Part shown: positions 1 through 11,999 of the stretch, piece by piece
Layout: each line of letters begins with the position of its first letter
Numbering within the stretch: the first letter of the stretch is position 1
Position numbers and translations under genes: made by a program
Notes under the pieces: model-generated
Told to the model about the DNA's origin: nothing
What the model saw: the letters and a program-made list of their open reading frames with translations, nothing else
Database searches by the model: none
Assembly: GCA_951406725.2 (NCBI GenBank)
Contig: OX597823.1
Span: 111,228,001-111,292,000, forward strand
Reading direction: 5' to 3'
From: Octopus vulgaris
Lineage: Eukaryota
Length of the DNA: 64,000 bases

Positions 1-311
1 ACTATAGCCTCGGGCCAACCAAAGCCTTGTGAGTGGATTTGGTAGATGGAAACTGAAAGAAGCCTGTCGTATATATGTATATATATATATATGTATGTGT
101 GTGTTTGTGTGTTTGTGTTTGTCTCCCTAGCATTGCTTGACAACCGATGCTGGTGTGTTTATGTCTCCATTACTTAGCGGTTCGGCAAAAGAGACCGATA
201 GAATAAGTACTGGGCTTACAAAAAGAATAAGTCCTGGGGTCAAGTTGCTCGATTAAAAGGTGGTGCTCCAGCATGGCCGCAGTCAAATTAAAAGAGTAAA
301 AGAGTAAGAGT
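1..311 (+). mobile_element. SINE family A copy (5' end cut by window edge)
   Basis: Matches other family A copies: ...gtgagtggatttggtagatggaaactgaaag-(TA)n(TG)n-gcattgcttgacaaccgatgctgg...gctccagcatggccgcagtc-(aaaagagt)n tail. Confidence 0.9.
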
Positions 312-377
312 GTAACTGCTCAAATTTTCCCTTTTTAGGTTGTGCTTTATTACTGACTTTCAGACAATTGACCAATG

Positions 378-410
<33 letters not shown>

Positions 411-424
411 TTGATGGTAAGTCA

Positions 425-1650
425 AAAAATTATACTCACCCTCGTTTGTGTAATTTATTGAAATTTATTGCTGCACAAAAAAAAAAAAAAAAGAGAAAGG
501 TTTCATCTGATCCAGCAGCCAGTTATGCTTCTTCATCCATTTTGTTTCCTCAGCCAAAGCAAATGGACAAAATTGTAAAGGATGTTTGAGCAGTTCAAAA
601 AGGCAAAAGTTGTAAGGGGTGAAACTTGGATTGTATGCAGAGTGTTCCAACAACTCAAAGCCAAGTTTTTCAATGGTTTCAATGACATGGGTGACTGAAT
701 GTCATGCAAAAATATTTGCTTTTACAATAGATTTCAGCATTTGGTGCCTGTTACTGGTTTCAGTTTGTTGGCCAGTATTTTACTGTATTCTACACAGATG
801 ACTGTAGACCACTCTTCCAGGTGATGTTCCAGTATAGACATTTTTGCATCTATAAAATGGTTAGCATCACATTTTCTGCTGAAATTTGAGTTTTCAGTTT
901 GTTTTGGGTTGGTAATTTTTGCCCTATAATCAGCCTTTTGGATTTTAGCCCACAGTGATAGATGCAGGTCCCACCTCTTGTGAATGTGCTCTCCCAAAAC
1001 CAGCTTTGCCTTCATCATTGTAGTGGCCGAGTTACTGTTGACAGATCTCCACACAATTGTGCTATTGCACTTTGGTAAGCTTGCTTGGCACCCATATTGC
1101 ACAACAGACTTTAACCCTTTTGTTACCAACCCGGCTGAAACCGCCTATGGCCCTGTAGTACAAATGTCTTGTTTTCATAAGTTTTGCATTAAAATCTTCC
1201 ACCAAAGCTTAGTCGTAATTAATGTTCCTAACACTAGCTGAATGATAACTAAGTTATTTTAGTAAATTCTTTGCTATATTTAAAGTAATTGGAAGAAACA
1301 CAGGGCACCTCAAAATAAATAGGGTATTGAAAGGGTTAAGGAAGTAAATCATGTTTGTTTTTCATATGCAGAAAACACAACCCCAATGATGGTCACTCAT
1401 TGCTTGTCAGAACCAGCTCTTGAACATGTTAAATCTTCACATCAATATTGGAGGTTAATGGGAAGACTGCTCCTTCTTCATACTCCATGCTTGTCCAGCA
1501 ATTTTTAAACTTCTCAGTCTACTTATATACGCTTGTACATAACAGAGTGCTGCCCCCGTATTGAACAGAAAACCTTCAATCAATTTCAGCCCCTGACACA
1601 CTTTCAGACCAGAGATCACTGATCTTTGTTTTTTCTTGGTGCCATGTTTA
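425..1650 (-). pseudogene. Decayed mariner-family (Tc1/mariner) transposase, interrupted by a MITE at 1115-1335
   Basis: Hand translation of minus strand gives mariner-like blocks across stops and frameshifts: QRSVI/LWSESVSGAEID*RFSVQYGGSTLLCTSVYK*TEKFKNCWTS (N-terminal HTH), KVCCAIWVPSKLT (WVPxxL motif), YSKILANKLKP, IEKLGFELLEHSAYNPSFTPYNFCLFELLKHPLQ (HPxYSPDLAPSDFHLF-like). Confidence 0.8.
1115..1335. mobile_element. piggyBac-type MITE with TTAA target duplication
   Basis: TTAA|CCCTTTTGTTACC ... GGTATTGAAAGGG|TTAA; removing it rejoins the mariner sequence next to the WVP motif. Confidence 0.8.
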
Positions 1651-1749
1651 CCCAGTAACATAAGAAAGAAAACTAAGGTTCCTCCTAGCATGTAAGGGCT
1701 GAAGGCAGTGTGACTAACAAAATGTAAGTTTTGGTGACATATATATTTT

Positions 1750-1940
1750 GCCATGATAGATCGCTAGCCACTTTTTCTATTTTCTCTCCCTGTTTATTTC
1801 TCTGTTCTTTTCTGTCGAAGAGTGTAGGCTTGAAATATAAAAGACTTTCTCACTTCCTGAGCGTTAAACTAATACATCTGTTTGTTGTTTACACACCCAT
1901 CTTCGTCTTTCGGTTTTTTTTTTTGTAAATTCTTACTATA
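1750..1940 (+). mobile_element. Family G repeat (putative Penelope-like terminal repeat with hammerhead-like motif at 1806-1844)
   Basis: Similar to 9062-9246, 28088-28286 (-) and 60197-60391; TCTTTT-CTGTCGA-A-GAGT GTAG GCTT-GAAA-TATA-AAAGA. Confidence 0.7.
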
Positions 1941-1944
1941 TATA

Positions 1945-2284
1945 GGCATGGGTGTGGCTGTGTAGTAAGAAACTTGCTTCTCAACCACATGGTTCCGGGC
2001 TCAGTCCCACTGCATGGCACCTTGGGCAATTGCCTTCTACTAAAGCCTTGGGCCAATCAAAGCCTTGTGAGTGGATGTGGTATATATACATATGTATATA
2101 TTTGTGTTTATGTCTGTGTTTGTCCCCCTGCCATCGCTTGACAACTGATCTGGTGTGTTTATGCCCCGATAACTAAGTGGTTCAGCAAAATAGACAAATA
2201 GAATAAATACTAGACTCACAAAGAATAAGTCCTGAGGTCGCTTTCTTCAACTAACACCCTTTAAGGCAGTGCTCTAGCATGGCT
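1945..2284 (+). mobile_element. SINE family A copy (diverged)
   Basis: tRNA-like head ggcatgggtgtggctgtgtagtaag...ggttccgggctcagtcccactgc, internal microsatellite, family A body. Confidence 0.85.
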
Positions 2285-2778
2285 ACCCATCAGGACTACC
2301 TATCTGTTAAGGATAGCCCAGGTACATGCATCATAATCATAAGTGCATGACATGGTGATCTCATATCAAAATAAACAGCACATGGGGCCGGGTTAGAATT
2401 TTCTTCAGCTTGAGAAGCCCATCCTGCTGAAAAGGTCCATGTATTAGGTTTGTTTAAGAATGATGAAAAAAACACCCATGTTTCCAGAGGTGAATTATTC
2501 AAACCCCAAAGAGCTATGACGCTCTCCCATTACTCCTGCTTATGATCATAGATGCACATATTGTCAACCACTAAGGAAGAAGCTCAACTCATTAAGGTCA
2601 AGCAGCTGACAACCAGCTCTGTGGTATTGAGCAGAATATTTGCTGTAGTCCATCTTTTATACCAAGCGAGCGGATAAATCTTTCGCCTTTTACCAAGACA
2701 AAACATGTACATAACACTTTGAATCAGTTAAGATCAGAAGTGATGAGAGTCACGGCCTGGTACTAAATCAACATTTAC

Positions 2779-2834
<56 letters not shown>

Positions 2835-2840
2835 ACATCG

Positions 2841-2885
<45 letters not shown>

Positions 2886-2889
2886 CCAA

Positions 2890-2924
<35 letters not shown>

Positions 2925-2971
2925 CCATCATCATGATCATGATCATCATGATCATCATCATCATCATTATG

Positions 2972-3027
<56 letters not shown>

Positions 3028-3069
3028 CATCATCCTCCTCCTCCTCCTCCTCATCATCATCATCATCAT
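2779..3069. repeat. (CAT)n/(ATG)n microsatellite
   Basis: About 290 bp near-perfect CAT repeat; source of the poly-M and poly-I ORFs. Confidence 0.97.
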
Positions 3070-4047
3070 GTATGTATGTGTGAGTGTGGTTTCACTTGTA
3101 ACAGTGGAATGTATGTAAATATTACATCCTGTTAAAGCTTGCTTGTATTTTGGAAAACATTTCTGAGACAAGAGAAAACATTGGTTAATTCAAGAAAATA
3201 AATAAATACATAAATAAAAACAGTGATAATATAGAAAGACAATATCATGGATCTTTTTTAAGAGAAGCACTTGAGGAGCTGCATGTTGGAGGACCTGAAG
3301 TGGGTATTGAAAGGGGAAAAAAAAACTGTAGATTCTGGCAACCTTTTTTTATTAATGGCCATTATGAAAATAATAATAAGCTGAAGAAAAATATGTATAC
3401 TTACATATTGAAAGCAGGAACATATGCACAATTTATGAATGCATGCATACATACATACATCTATTCATACACATACATATACATATGCACGTGTGTGTGG
3501 GTAGATATAAACATATTTCCCTACTTAAAGCATCCATACATGGGAATATATGCAACTTTCTGTATATGTATATATGTATAAAATATATGAGTATTTTATA
3601 CATAGTAACACACATAATACATAAATATTACCATTTTTTTAACCTCTCCTACATGACATCCATTTCCTGATCTAACATTGATGTGTATAAAATATAGATG
3701 CATGTGTAAAAACATTTCGCATATATAAACGTTTTTATAATTTAGTCACCCTGAAAAATACCATCACTTACATCAAAATAGGTTTCCATGTATTTTTTGG
3801 TCAAAGGTAAGGGTGTAATTTATAAAACTTAACTTACTACTTTATTTTATTGACCCCCACAAAAAATGGATATCAAAGACTAAAAAGATGAATATCAAAG
3901 TTAAATATCACCTGGATTTGAAACCAGAATTTCAATGTTTATATCTAAAGGATTTTGATAAAATTCCTTGGTCTATAAAACCACCACATTTTCCAAAAAA
4001 GAAATAATTTTTACTCTGCCTTTATCTTAAATTATCCCATGGTGGAC

Positions 4048-4302
4048 CTCTTTTACTCTTTTACTCTTTTACTTGTGTCAGTAATTTGACTGTGGCCATG
4101 CTGGTGCACCGCCTTTAGTCGAGAAAATCGACCCCAGGACTTATTCTTTTGAAATCTAGTACTTATTCTATCAGTCTCTTTTGCCGAACGGCTAAGTTAC
4201 GGGAATGTAAACACACCCAGCTTCGGTTGACAAGCAATGTTGGGGGGGGGGACAAACACAGACACACAAACATACATATATATATATATATATATCTATT
4301 TT

Positions 4303-4338
<36 letters not shown>

Positions 4339-4516
4339 ATATATATATATATATGATGGGCTTCTTTCAGTTTCTGGCTACCAAATCCACTCACAAGGCT
4401 TTGGTTGGCCCGAGGCTATAGCGGAAGACACTTGCCCAAGGTGCCATGCAGTGGGAATGAACCCAGAACCATGTGGTTGGTAAGCAAGCTACTTACCACA
4501 CAGCCACTCCTGCACC
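4048..4516 (-). mobile_element. SINE family A, full length
   Basis: Reverse complement of family A from the (ctctttta)n tail to cagccactcctgcacc. Confidence 0.92.
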
Positions 4517-5163
4517 TGATGATGATTAATAGAATGTATTTAGAAAACTTCAACCTTGTAGTTATCAGACATTGTACAAGATTAGAAAAATGTTAGGCTT
4601 GAATTCAATGATTAAGAATAAAATATTTGCTAATTTCTTTGTTACAATCTTAGGTGTCTTACCAAGAGAACATATCTATAACTAAGCAGTCTGAGATATC
4701 TTAGACATGGACTCAGTGTAGTTTTGTTCACAGAATGGCAATACTCAAAGATGAGATCTGTAACATGTCACAAAGAATGAGAGAAACAATGGAAAACAAG
4801 ATAAGTAACATTGTAACATAGTTAATAATAAAACAGATCTCAGAAAGAGGACACTCTAAAGAATAGGGCAGTAATTGTTGCAACAGAATTTTATATCTTG
4901 GACATAATGTTACCCAAGGTTTTGCATTCACAAAGTGAATGCCTTGTGGACACCTCATCAAACTCCACATAAAGGAAACACTCAGAAACCGAGAAAAACA
5001 TCTTAACTAAGAAGTTAATGAGGACGGATTAACTCCCCTGAAGCAGAGAAAAAATAAAAGAACTCTTATAGACCCAAACTGGCCCAACCAGCAAAAGCGG
5101 AGATCCAATTTTCCAGTGAGTAGTGCTTGAAGTGGACACATTTAGAGAACACTTCTTTATAAC

Positions 5164-5335
<172 letters not shown>

Positions 5336-5627
5336 TAAAATTCCATGAGCCAGGAAAAACAGGCACTTCATATACTGATTAATAGAGTAGGCATATTATC
5401 ATTAATAAAATACAATATCATCTTCTTGTATGAGTCATGTTGCAAACTAGTTTCATGCAAAAGTTAAGATAACCCTAACAAGCATGATAAAAAATGAAAG
5501 GAATTGTATGGCATGTTTCTTTGTCACTGGAGGTCTGAATGTGTCACATCAATTCTGGAAGTCTTACAGTGGTTTTAAGATAGAGGATGATGGGTATCTT
5601 GAGCAAGACGTTGGGCAATATACATAC

Positions 5628-6025
5628 ATCATCATCATTATCCTCATCGTTTAACTTCCGCTTTCAATGCTAGCATGGGTTGGACGATTTGACTAAGGGC
5701 TGGTGAACTGGATGGCCGCACCAGGCTCCAATTTTGATCTGGCAGAGTTTCTACAGCTGGATGCCCTTCCTAACACCAACCTCTCCGAGAGTGTAGTGGG
5801 TGCTTTTACGTTCCACCAGCATGTGGGCCAGTCAGGCGGTACTGGCAATGACCTCACTCAAATCTTTTTACACATGCCACCGGCACAGGTGCCAGTAAGG
5901 CGATGCTGGTAACGATCATGCTCGAATGGTGTCTTTTACGTGCCACCGGCAAGGAGGCCAGATAGCCGCTCTGGCAACTATCACACTCGGATGGTGCTCT
6001 TAGCACCCTTCTAGCATGGGGCTCA
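5628..6025 (-). mobile_element. Repeat family E (retroposon-like, (GAT)n tail)
   Basis: catcatc..gtttaac..gctagcatgggttggacgatttgact..tttctacagctggatgcccttcctaac; near-identical to 56041-56300, inverse of 35043-35209 and 53591-53756. Confidence 0.85.
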
Positions 6026-6387
6026 AGGCATATACAAACACACACACTCACACATTTATGCATATGTGTGCATAAATGCACATCTACATATGTACACACA
6101 TACACAGGCATGCATGCACACAAATATACACACACTGTGCTTTTATAACTCAGTTTTATTGAAGTGGACAGGCCTTCTTGAGAATCACATGTTGCCAATC
6201 ATCCATGACTTTAATTATCTCTACATGAGGTGCAAGGACCTGAGATCAGCTTTCATCACTTCACCCCATGTGTTTCTGTGTCCCCTCTTTCATGAGCTCC
6301 TTTCACATTAAGGTGACTGGCACACTTTTATACAAAAATCCTTATTCATATGCATCACATATCCATACTAATTCAATTTTCTTTGTT

Positions 6388-6698
6388 GTGGAGGCAGATG
6401 GTCTAGTGGTTAGAGCAGCGGACTCGCAGTCGAGGGATCACGGGTTTGAATCTCAGACCGGGCGATGTGTGTGTATATGAGCGAAACACCTAAGCTCCAC
6501 GCGGCTCTGGCAGAAGGTAATGGTGAACTTCTGCTGACTCTTTCGTCACAACTTTCTCTCACTCTTTCCTCCTGCATCTTGCAGCTCACCTGCGACAGAC
6601 TGGCATCCTGTCCAGGAGGGGAATCTATATGCCAAGGAAACTGGGAAACTGGTCCTTATGAGCCAGGCATGGCTTGAAAAGGAACAAACAGCAACAAC
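6388..6698 (+). mobile_element. tRNA-derived SINE family C
   Basis: Head gtggaggcagatggtctagtggttagagcagcggactcgcagtcgagggatcacgggtttgaatctc (A/B-box-like); body nearly identical to 30217-30520. Confidence 0.88.
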
Positions 6699-6842
6699 CT
6701 GTTTGTTGCATGCTACATCTGATTCCTCTTATTCCCAGTTTTCTCAGCATATTTGTGCAATGTGTGGCGTATTTATGCACACTTACATTGCACATTCAAT
6801 AAAACAAGCTCACTTCATTTCATTCTGGTCTTCTTAAGTCCA

Positions 6843-7100
6843 CTATACTGGAGGTCCATGTTCACTACCTTGCAACATAACTGTTCTAACATGAGGGTCA
6901 TGCAATTTGCCCTTCACTCTAAGGAAAAAACCCTTTGTTGCCAACAATGGTAGTAGTTCTCTGTATTTTCTCCAACACATACTTACTTTGGCCACTATAC
7001 TTTCAGCGCAACCATTCCTCTTGCTAATTATACTTCCCGGATAACAGAATCTTTCAACTATTTCTGAGCCATTCAAGCATTTAAGAGAATCTATTTCACA
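6843..7100 (-). pseudogene. RTE-clade LINE ORF fragment (C-terminal part of RT region)
   Basis: EIVERFCYPGSIISKRNGCAESIVAKVSMCWRKYRELLPLLATKGFFLRVKGKLHDPHVRTVMLQGSE resembles RTE FxYLG...W.KFREL.P.L...KG.LY.A.VR..MLYGSE. Confidence 0.8.
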
Positions 7101-7158
7101 TATATTGCTTTTGGATTTGGTTTGCAAGATTCTTTATGTGAGTTCGTGTGTTGAAGCA

Positions 7159-7406
7159 TATTCTGTTGTCTGGAGAGAGTCATTTTCTTTTTGTGCCTTA
7201 TAATTTAATACACTCACTGGTAAAATTTCAACTATTTTTATTTATTTAAAATGTTTTTGCATTTTTATTTCTCTTTTTCCTTTTTTATTTTTTTGAAAAT
7301 AAAAATGAAAAATAAAAAGTTAGACATAAATGGAAATTTTACTGGTGAGTGTGTTAAATTATAAGGCACAAAAAGAAAATGACTCTCCCCAGACACAACA
7401 GAATAT
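7159..7406. repeat. Foldback inverted repeat (about 70 bp arms, AT-rich spacer)
   Basis: 7159-7229 atattctgttgtctgg..gagtcattttctttttgtgccttataatttaa..aaaatttc is the reverse complement of 7333-7406. Confidence 0.9.
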
Positions 7407-7547
7407 TTCACATAGTCATACTACTATGCTTCAGTCACATACAAGGCTTATATTCTCTGTTGGTTTGTCAATAATTCCATTACATCTTTTGTGCTTTCAC
7501 AACTTACTTTGGATTCTTCATGTGAAGTTTATACTCCTTTTCAGCAT

Positions 7548-7952
7548 ATTTTTTCCTTGTTTCGCTCATTTCATTGTGGCCATGCTGGGGCACCATTTTG
7601 AAGAATTTTTAGTTGAATGAATCAACCCCAGTACTTAAATTTTAAAGCCGGGTACTTACTCTATCTGTTTCTTTTGCCAAACTGCTAAGTTACATTGACA
7701 TCACCACACCAACACCGGTTGTCAAGTGGTGGTGGGGGACAAACATAGACACACACAAATACAAAGACTCACACACACACATATACATATAATGAACTTC
7801 TTTTAGTTTTTATTGACCAGATCCACTCACAAGGCTTTAGTTGGCCCGTGGCTATATGAGAAGACCCTTGCAGAAGGTGCTATACAGTGGGACTGAACCC
7901 AGAATTATGCAGTTTAGAAGCAAACTTCTTACAAAACTGTTACATCTGCACC
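7548..7952 (-). mobile_element. SINE family A (diverged)
   Basis: Reverse-complement similarity to family A throughout. Confidence 0.8.
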
Positions 7953-8099
7953 AAGCAAACAACTTTTCTCTGATGATACTTAGGTTCGGCTAAGTTTACC
8001 TTATGAGCTCTTAATTCTAGATTTAGTTTTTTGTCTGGAATTCCCTCTCCATTTCCCCTGTTCCTTCAGCTATAAGTCTTTGATTATCAGCATATAGGA

Positions 8100-8553
8100 A
8101 TTCTAGATGACAGCCAATCAGTCTCTTTGTTTTGACATTATACAGGCATTGTAAACAAGAGTCCCCATCATGTAAGCAGTGCCAATCATTTTCGATCTTC
8201 CATCTATGAGCAAATATTACATTGTTTGGAATCAGTGACAGTTGCTGATAGGAAGAGAATCTGTGCCTAGAAAATCTGCCACAACAAACTCTGTTTGACC
8301 CATGCAAGCAGAGAAAAGAAGACTTTAAAATGTGAGGACAATGGTTCTCCATAGGTGTAGGAAGACATCCTTCTTCCTGGTTCTGACTGATCTCAGAATC
8401 CATCCAGCTACTCACCTGCAAATTGTTGTCATTCATTACAACACTTTGCACAGGAGCCATTCAAACACCCTCCTTCACCACGAACAGGAATTAATATTCT
8501 CTCTTTGCTCCTTTGCATCACATGGCCTCAACTCCCCTTCCTTCTTCATCTGA
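8100..8553 (+). pseudogene. Penelope-like element ORF remnant (GIY-YIG endonuclease C-terminus)
   Basis: ORF 8332-8553 ends HEQELIFSLCSFASHGLNSPSFFI*, resembling the EQxxIFxLxTLxPxGLN terminus of Penelope-like proteins; followed on the same strand by a C-rich tract and a family G repeat. Confidence 0.6.
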
Positions 8554-9061
8554 CTCCCCTCCTCTCCTCTCTTCATCTAACACCTACTATCTCTCTTCAC
8601 TCCTGCCTACCTCTCCTCTCCTCTCTTGCCCTGACACCTACTTCCTCTCTTCACTCCTACCCACCTTCTCCCTTCATTGACACCTTCTATTCAAACCCCA
8701 TCCTCACACATCCCACATACCCCACCCCTAACCCTACATCCTTAACCCCACCCCACCCCACCCTCACTTCCTCACACCCAAAACCGCCACACCACACACT
8801 AAAACACCACACACCCCACACCACATCACACCATCCCCCACACACTAGCACTGACCACTCTCCAGCACTCACACCATCATCCACACAACCACACATTAAA
8901 CAGGCACACATACACATATCAATGTCACCAGCCTCTATTCACATGCATGAACTTACACACTCTCACATATACACCCACATGTACCTTTGTTTTGGGATCA
9001 CCAATACTTTATTATCTCCCCTTCTTCCTAGCTCTCCTGTCTAACTATCTTTGTCCAGCTA

Positions 9062-9246
9062 GTTGCTATGACTAACGGCTAACTCCAAAAGTTTTTTTAT
9101 TCTCTCTCTGTTTATTTCCTCGTGTTCTTTTCTGTTGAGGAGCATAAGCTCAAAATGTAAAGCATTTTCTCCCCTTCCCAAATGTCAACACCTGCTTGTG
9201 GTTTATACACCTGTCTTTGTCTTTTGTTTTTTGTAAATTTCAACAA
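9062..9246 (+). mobile_element. Family G repeat (hammerhead-like motif at 9126-9163), likely 3' terminal repeat of the upstream Penelope-like remnant
   Basis: TCTTTT-CTGTTGA-G-GAGC ATAA GCTC-AAAA-TGTA-AAGCA; ends in (TA)n. Confidence 0.7.
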
Positions 9247-9293
9247 TATATACGTACATATACACACATATATATAAGTATATATATGTGGAA

Positions 9294-9510
9294 GGTGGCG
9301 AGCTGGCAGAACCGTTAGCACGCTGGGCGAAATGCGTAGCCATTACGTTCTGAGTTCAAATTCCGTTGAGGTCGACTTTGCCTTTCATCCTTTTGGAGTC
9401 GATAAATTAAGTACCAGTTATGCACTGGGGTCGATGTAATCGACTTAGTTCGTTTGTTTGTCCTTGTTTGACCCCTCTATGTTTAGCCCCTTTTGGGTAA
9501 TAAAGAAACA
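9294..9510 (+). mobile_element. SINE family B (tRNA head, Nin/Deu-like central domain)
   Basis: ggcgagctggcagaaccgttagc...gttcaaattcc (B-box-like)...gactttgcctttcatccttttggagtcgataaattaagtaccag. Confidence 0.88.
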
Positions 9511-9516
9511 TATAAG

Positions 9517-9616
9517 NNNNNNNNNNNNNNNNNNNNNNNNNNNNNNNNNNNNNNNNNNNNNNNNNNNNNNNNNNNNNNNNNNNNNNNNNNNNNNNNNNNN
9601 NNNNNNNNNNNNNNNN
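9517..9616. other. Assembly gap (100 N)
   Basis: Run of exactly 100 N. Confidence 1.
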
Positions 9617-10249
9617 CATATATACAAAACAAACATTCTTATATATATATTTACGTACAAACATACATATATATTTTTTTCACACTGAGAGGGTTGTTTT
9701 CAGATATATGAACTGCAGACAATATATATATATATATATATACATATACATGTATGTATATATGTGTGTGTCTGTGTGTATGTGTATATATATATATATA
9801 TATATATACTTATGTATGTATGTATGTATGTATATCAGTATGCACATAAAAGGGATGCAAAAACAAATGAATTTTGTATCAGTATACATTCTTACACCCC
9901 CGCCCCCCCACACACACCCACCCACTATTATTATCTTCCCTTTCTATATATATATATATATATATATGTGCACATATTTGTATATTCATATCTACATATA
10001 AATTATTCGCTTATGTGTATGTATATATATGTCTGTGTATGTATCAATTCAATGTACTTCTCCCAGAATCCTAATAATAATTCTTATTATCTTATTAATA
10101 CTGCTGTTCCACTTCAGTTTCTATTGTCTTTTAGTGGAATTCATTTCCGTGCCACTTTACACATGATTTAAACTCATTACGTTTTATACTCTCCTATCTA
10201 CATTTTCTATCTATATGCAGCTTTTCCCTATCTTTAATTCATTTATGAT

Positions 10250-10281
10250 GTTGTAGTTGTTGTGGTTGTTATTATTATTAA

Positions 10282-10341
<60 letters not shown>

Positions 10342-10345
10342 CATT
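10250..10345. repeat. (TTA)n microsatellite
   Basis: Direct inspection. Confidence 0.95.
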
Positions 10346-10737
10346 ACCATCGTCTTCATTTTCAGCTATAGATGCTAAGTTCTTTCTTAATGTAATCACT
10401 CACCATGCAGACACCCCCGCAAATTTGTTCTGAGTATTTAAACCTCCAAGCGTCTTGTGAAGATACACACACACACACACACACACACAAGGTCTTGTCT
10501 GAGAATATGAACCTTCATCTTTATATGATTGTATGGATGTGTAACATGTGTGTGCTTGTGTCTATATGTGTGTATGTGTGTTAGTATGCTCATCTAGTTA
10601 TCTGTCTGTCTAGCTATCACATATTTACTGATAGATACATAGATACAAACAAAATATTTGAATTTATAGTCACCGCAACATAGCTGGACTACATTGTCCA
10701 ATGAGTTCTGTTCCCACGTAAAGTATTCTAGTTATGA

Positions 10738-10950
10738 TGAAGGCACATGGCTCAGTGGTTAGAGGATCATGAGGTTGTAAGTTCGATTCCTGGACTGGGT
10801 AATGCATTGTGTTCTTGAGCAAGACTCTTCATTTCATGTTGCTCCAGTTAACTCAGCCGTAGAAATGAGTTGCGACATCACTGGTGCCAAGCTGTATCGG
10901 CCCCTTTGCCTTTCCTTTGGAGAACATCAGTGGTGTGAAGCGGGGAGGCT
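10738..10950 (+). mobile_element. SINE family D (CORE-like domain), 3'-truncated
   Basis: ggcacatggctcagtggttagag...gttcgattcc...tgtgttcttgagcaagac...; matches 27386-27718 (-). Confidence 0.8.
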
Positions 10951-10990
10951 GTCTGTCTGCCTGTTTGCCTGTCTGTCAGTCTGTTCATCT

Positions 10991-11130
10991 GTTAGCAATG
11001 ATTGACTGCTAAATCCACAGGTTTTTTTATTCCCTCTGTTTATTTCCTTGTGTTCCTTGTGTTCCTTGTGTTTATTTCCTTGTGTTCCTTGTGTTTATTT
11101 CCTTGTGTTCCTTGTGTTTATTTCCTTGTG
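10991..11130 (+). repeat. 5' part of a family G repeat expanded into short tandem repeats of tgtttatttccttgtgttcct
   Basis: atgattgactgctaaatccacagg..ttttattc matches the inverse of 28245-28285, then tandem units. Confidence 0.65.
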
Positions 11131-11553
11131 CTCCAGCATGGCGCAGAGTCCTGTTCTCATAAAAGCAGGAGAACCCAGTCATGGCTGTCAGACAATTTTT
11201 GCGACCACATCACCCATAACATTTGGTAACCTGACTCACCAGATTGCAACCCCCTTGATTATTATGTGTGAGGCACAGTTGTGTGAGATCAACAAAACTG
11301 CTTGTAACACCAAAGATGAACTGAAGGCAAGGATTATGGCAGCATTCACCAAGGAGACCTTCCAGAAGAGTTGCAGGAGGTTCCGAAGTCATCTGGAGGC
11401 CGTGGTTGAAGCCAATGACGATTTTTGAATAAATTTATTCTTTAGTATTTCAAGATATTTTTGTGTAATTTTGGTAAATGTATGTTAAAATGAGATGTCA
11501 GTTTTATTTTCATTTTTGCATAATTTAAACAACAGGTTATTCACTGAACCCTG
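11131..11553 (+). pseudogene. DD37D/maT-type Tc1/mariner transposase 3' fragment with right end
   Basis: SRRTQSWLSDNFCDHITHNIW*PDSPDCNPLDYYV*G...CNTKDELKARIMAAF...RRFRSHLEAVVEANDDF; 37 residues separate QQD from NPLD in the reconstructed sequence; ends ttattcactgaaccctg-TA. Confidence 0.82.
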
Positions 11554-11577
11554 TATATATATTAATTTTAAAAAAAG

Positions 11578-11959
11578 TTTTTTCTGTTTCAGTTATTTGA
11601 CTGCAACCATGCTGAATCAACACCCTTAGTTGAACAAAAAGACACCAGGATTATTCTTTGTAAGCCTAATACATATTCTATCGGTTCCTTTTGCTGAATG
11701 GCTAAGTTATGGGGATGTAAACGCACCAACATTGGTTGTCAAGTGATGTTCGGGGTGGGACAAACAGACACATAAACACACACTTACATACATATGTATA
11801 TTTATGCAACAGACTTCCATCCACCAAATCCACTCACCAGTCTTTGGTCATTCCGAAGCTATAGTAGAAGACACTTGCTCAAAGTGTCATACAGTAGGAC
11901 TGAACCTGGTACCATGTGGTTGGTAAGCAAGCTACTTACCACACAGCCACTCTTGCACC
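11578..11959 (-). mobile_element. SINE family A (diverged)
   Basis: Reverse-complement similarity to family A. Confidence 0.85.
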
Positions 11960-11990
<31 letters not shown>

Positions 11991-11999
11991 ATTACATAT

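Noticed and set aside
2734-3171. 145 aa poly-Met ORF and the many YI/IYLS/poly-I/H/P ORFs in the window, including the 258 aa ORF at 18768-19544 and the 205 aa ORF at 14433-15050
   Set aside because: Translations of microsatellites with no protein-like complexity
6388-6462. tRNA-like sequences at the heads of families A-D
   Set aside because: They run directly into repeat bodies and have imperfect cloverleaves, so they are SINE heads, not tRNA genes
10398-10470. Minus-strand ATG|GTGAGT as a first coding exon
   Set aside because: Splice-like motif only; no downstream coding exons identified
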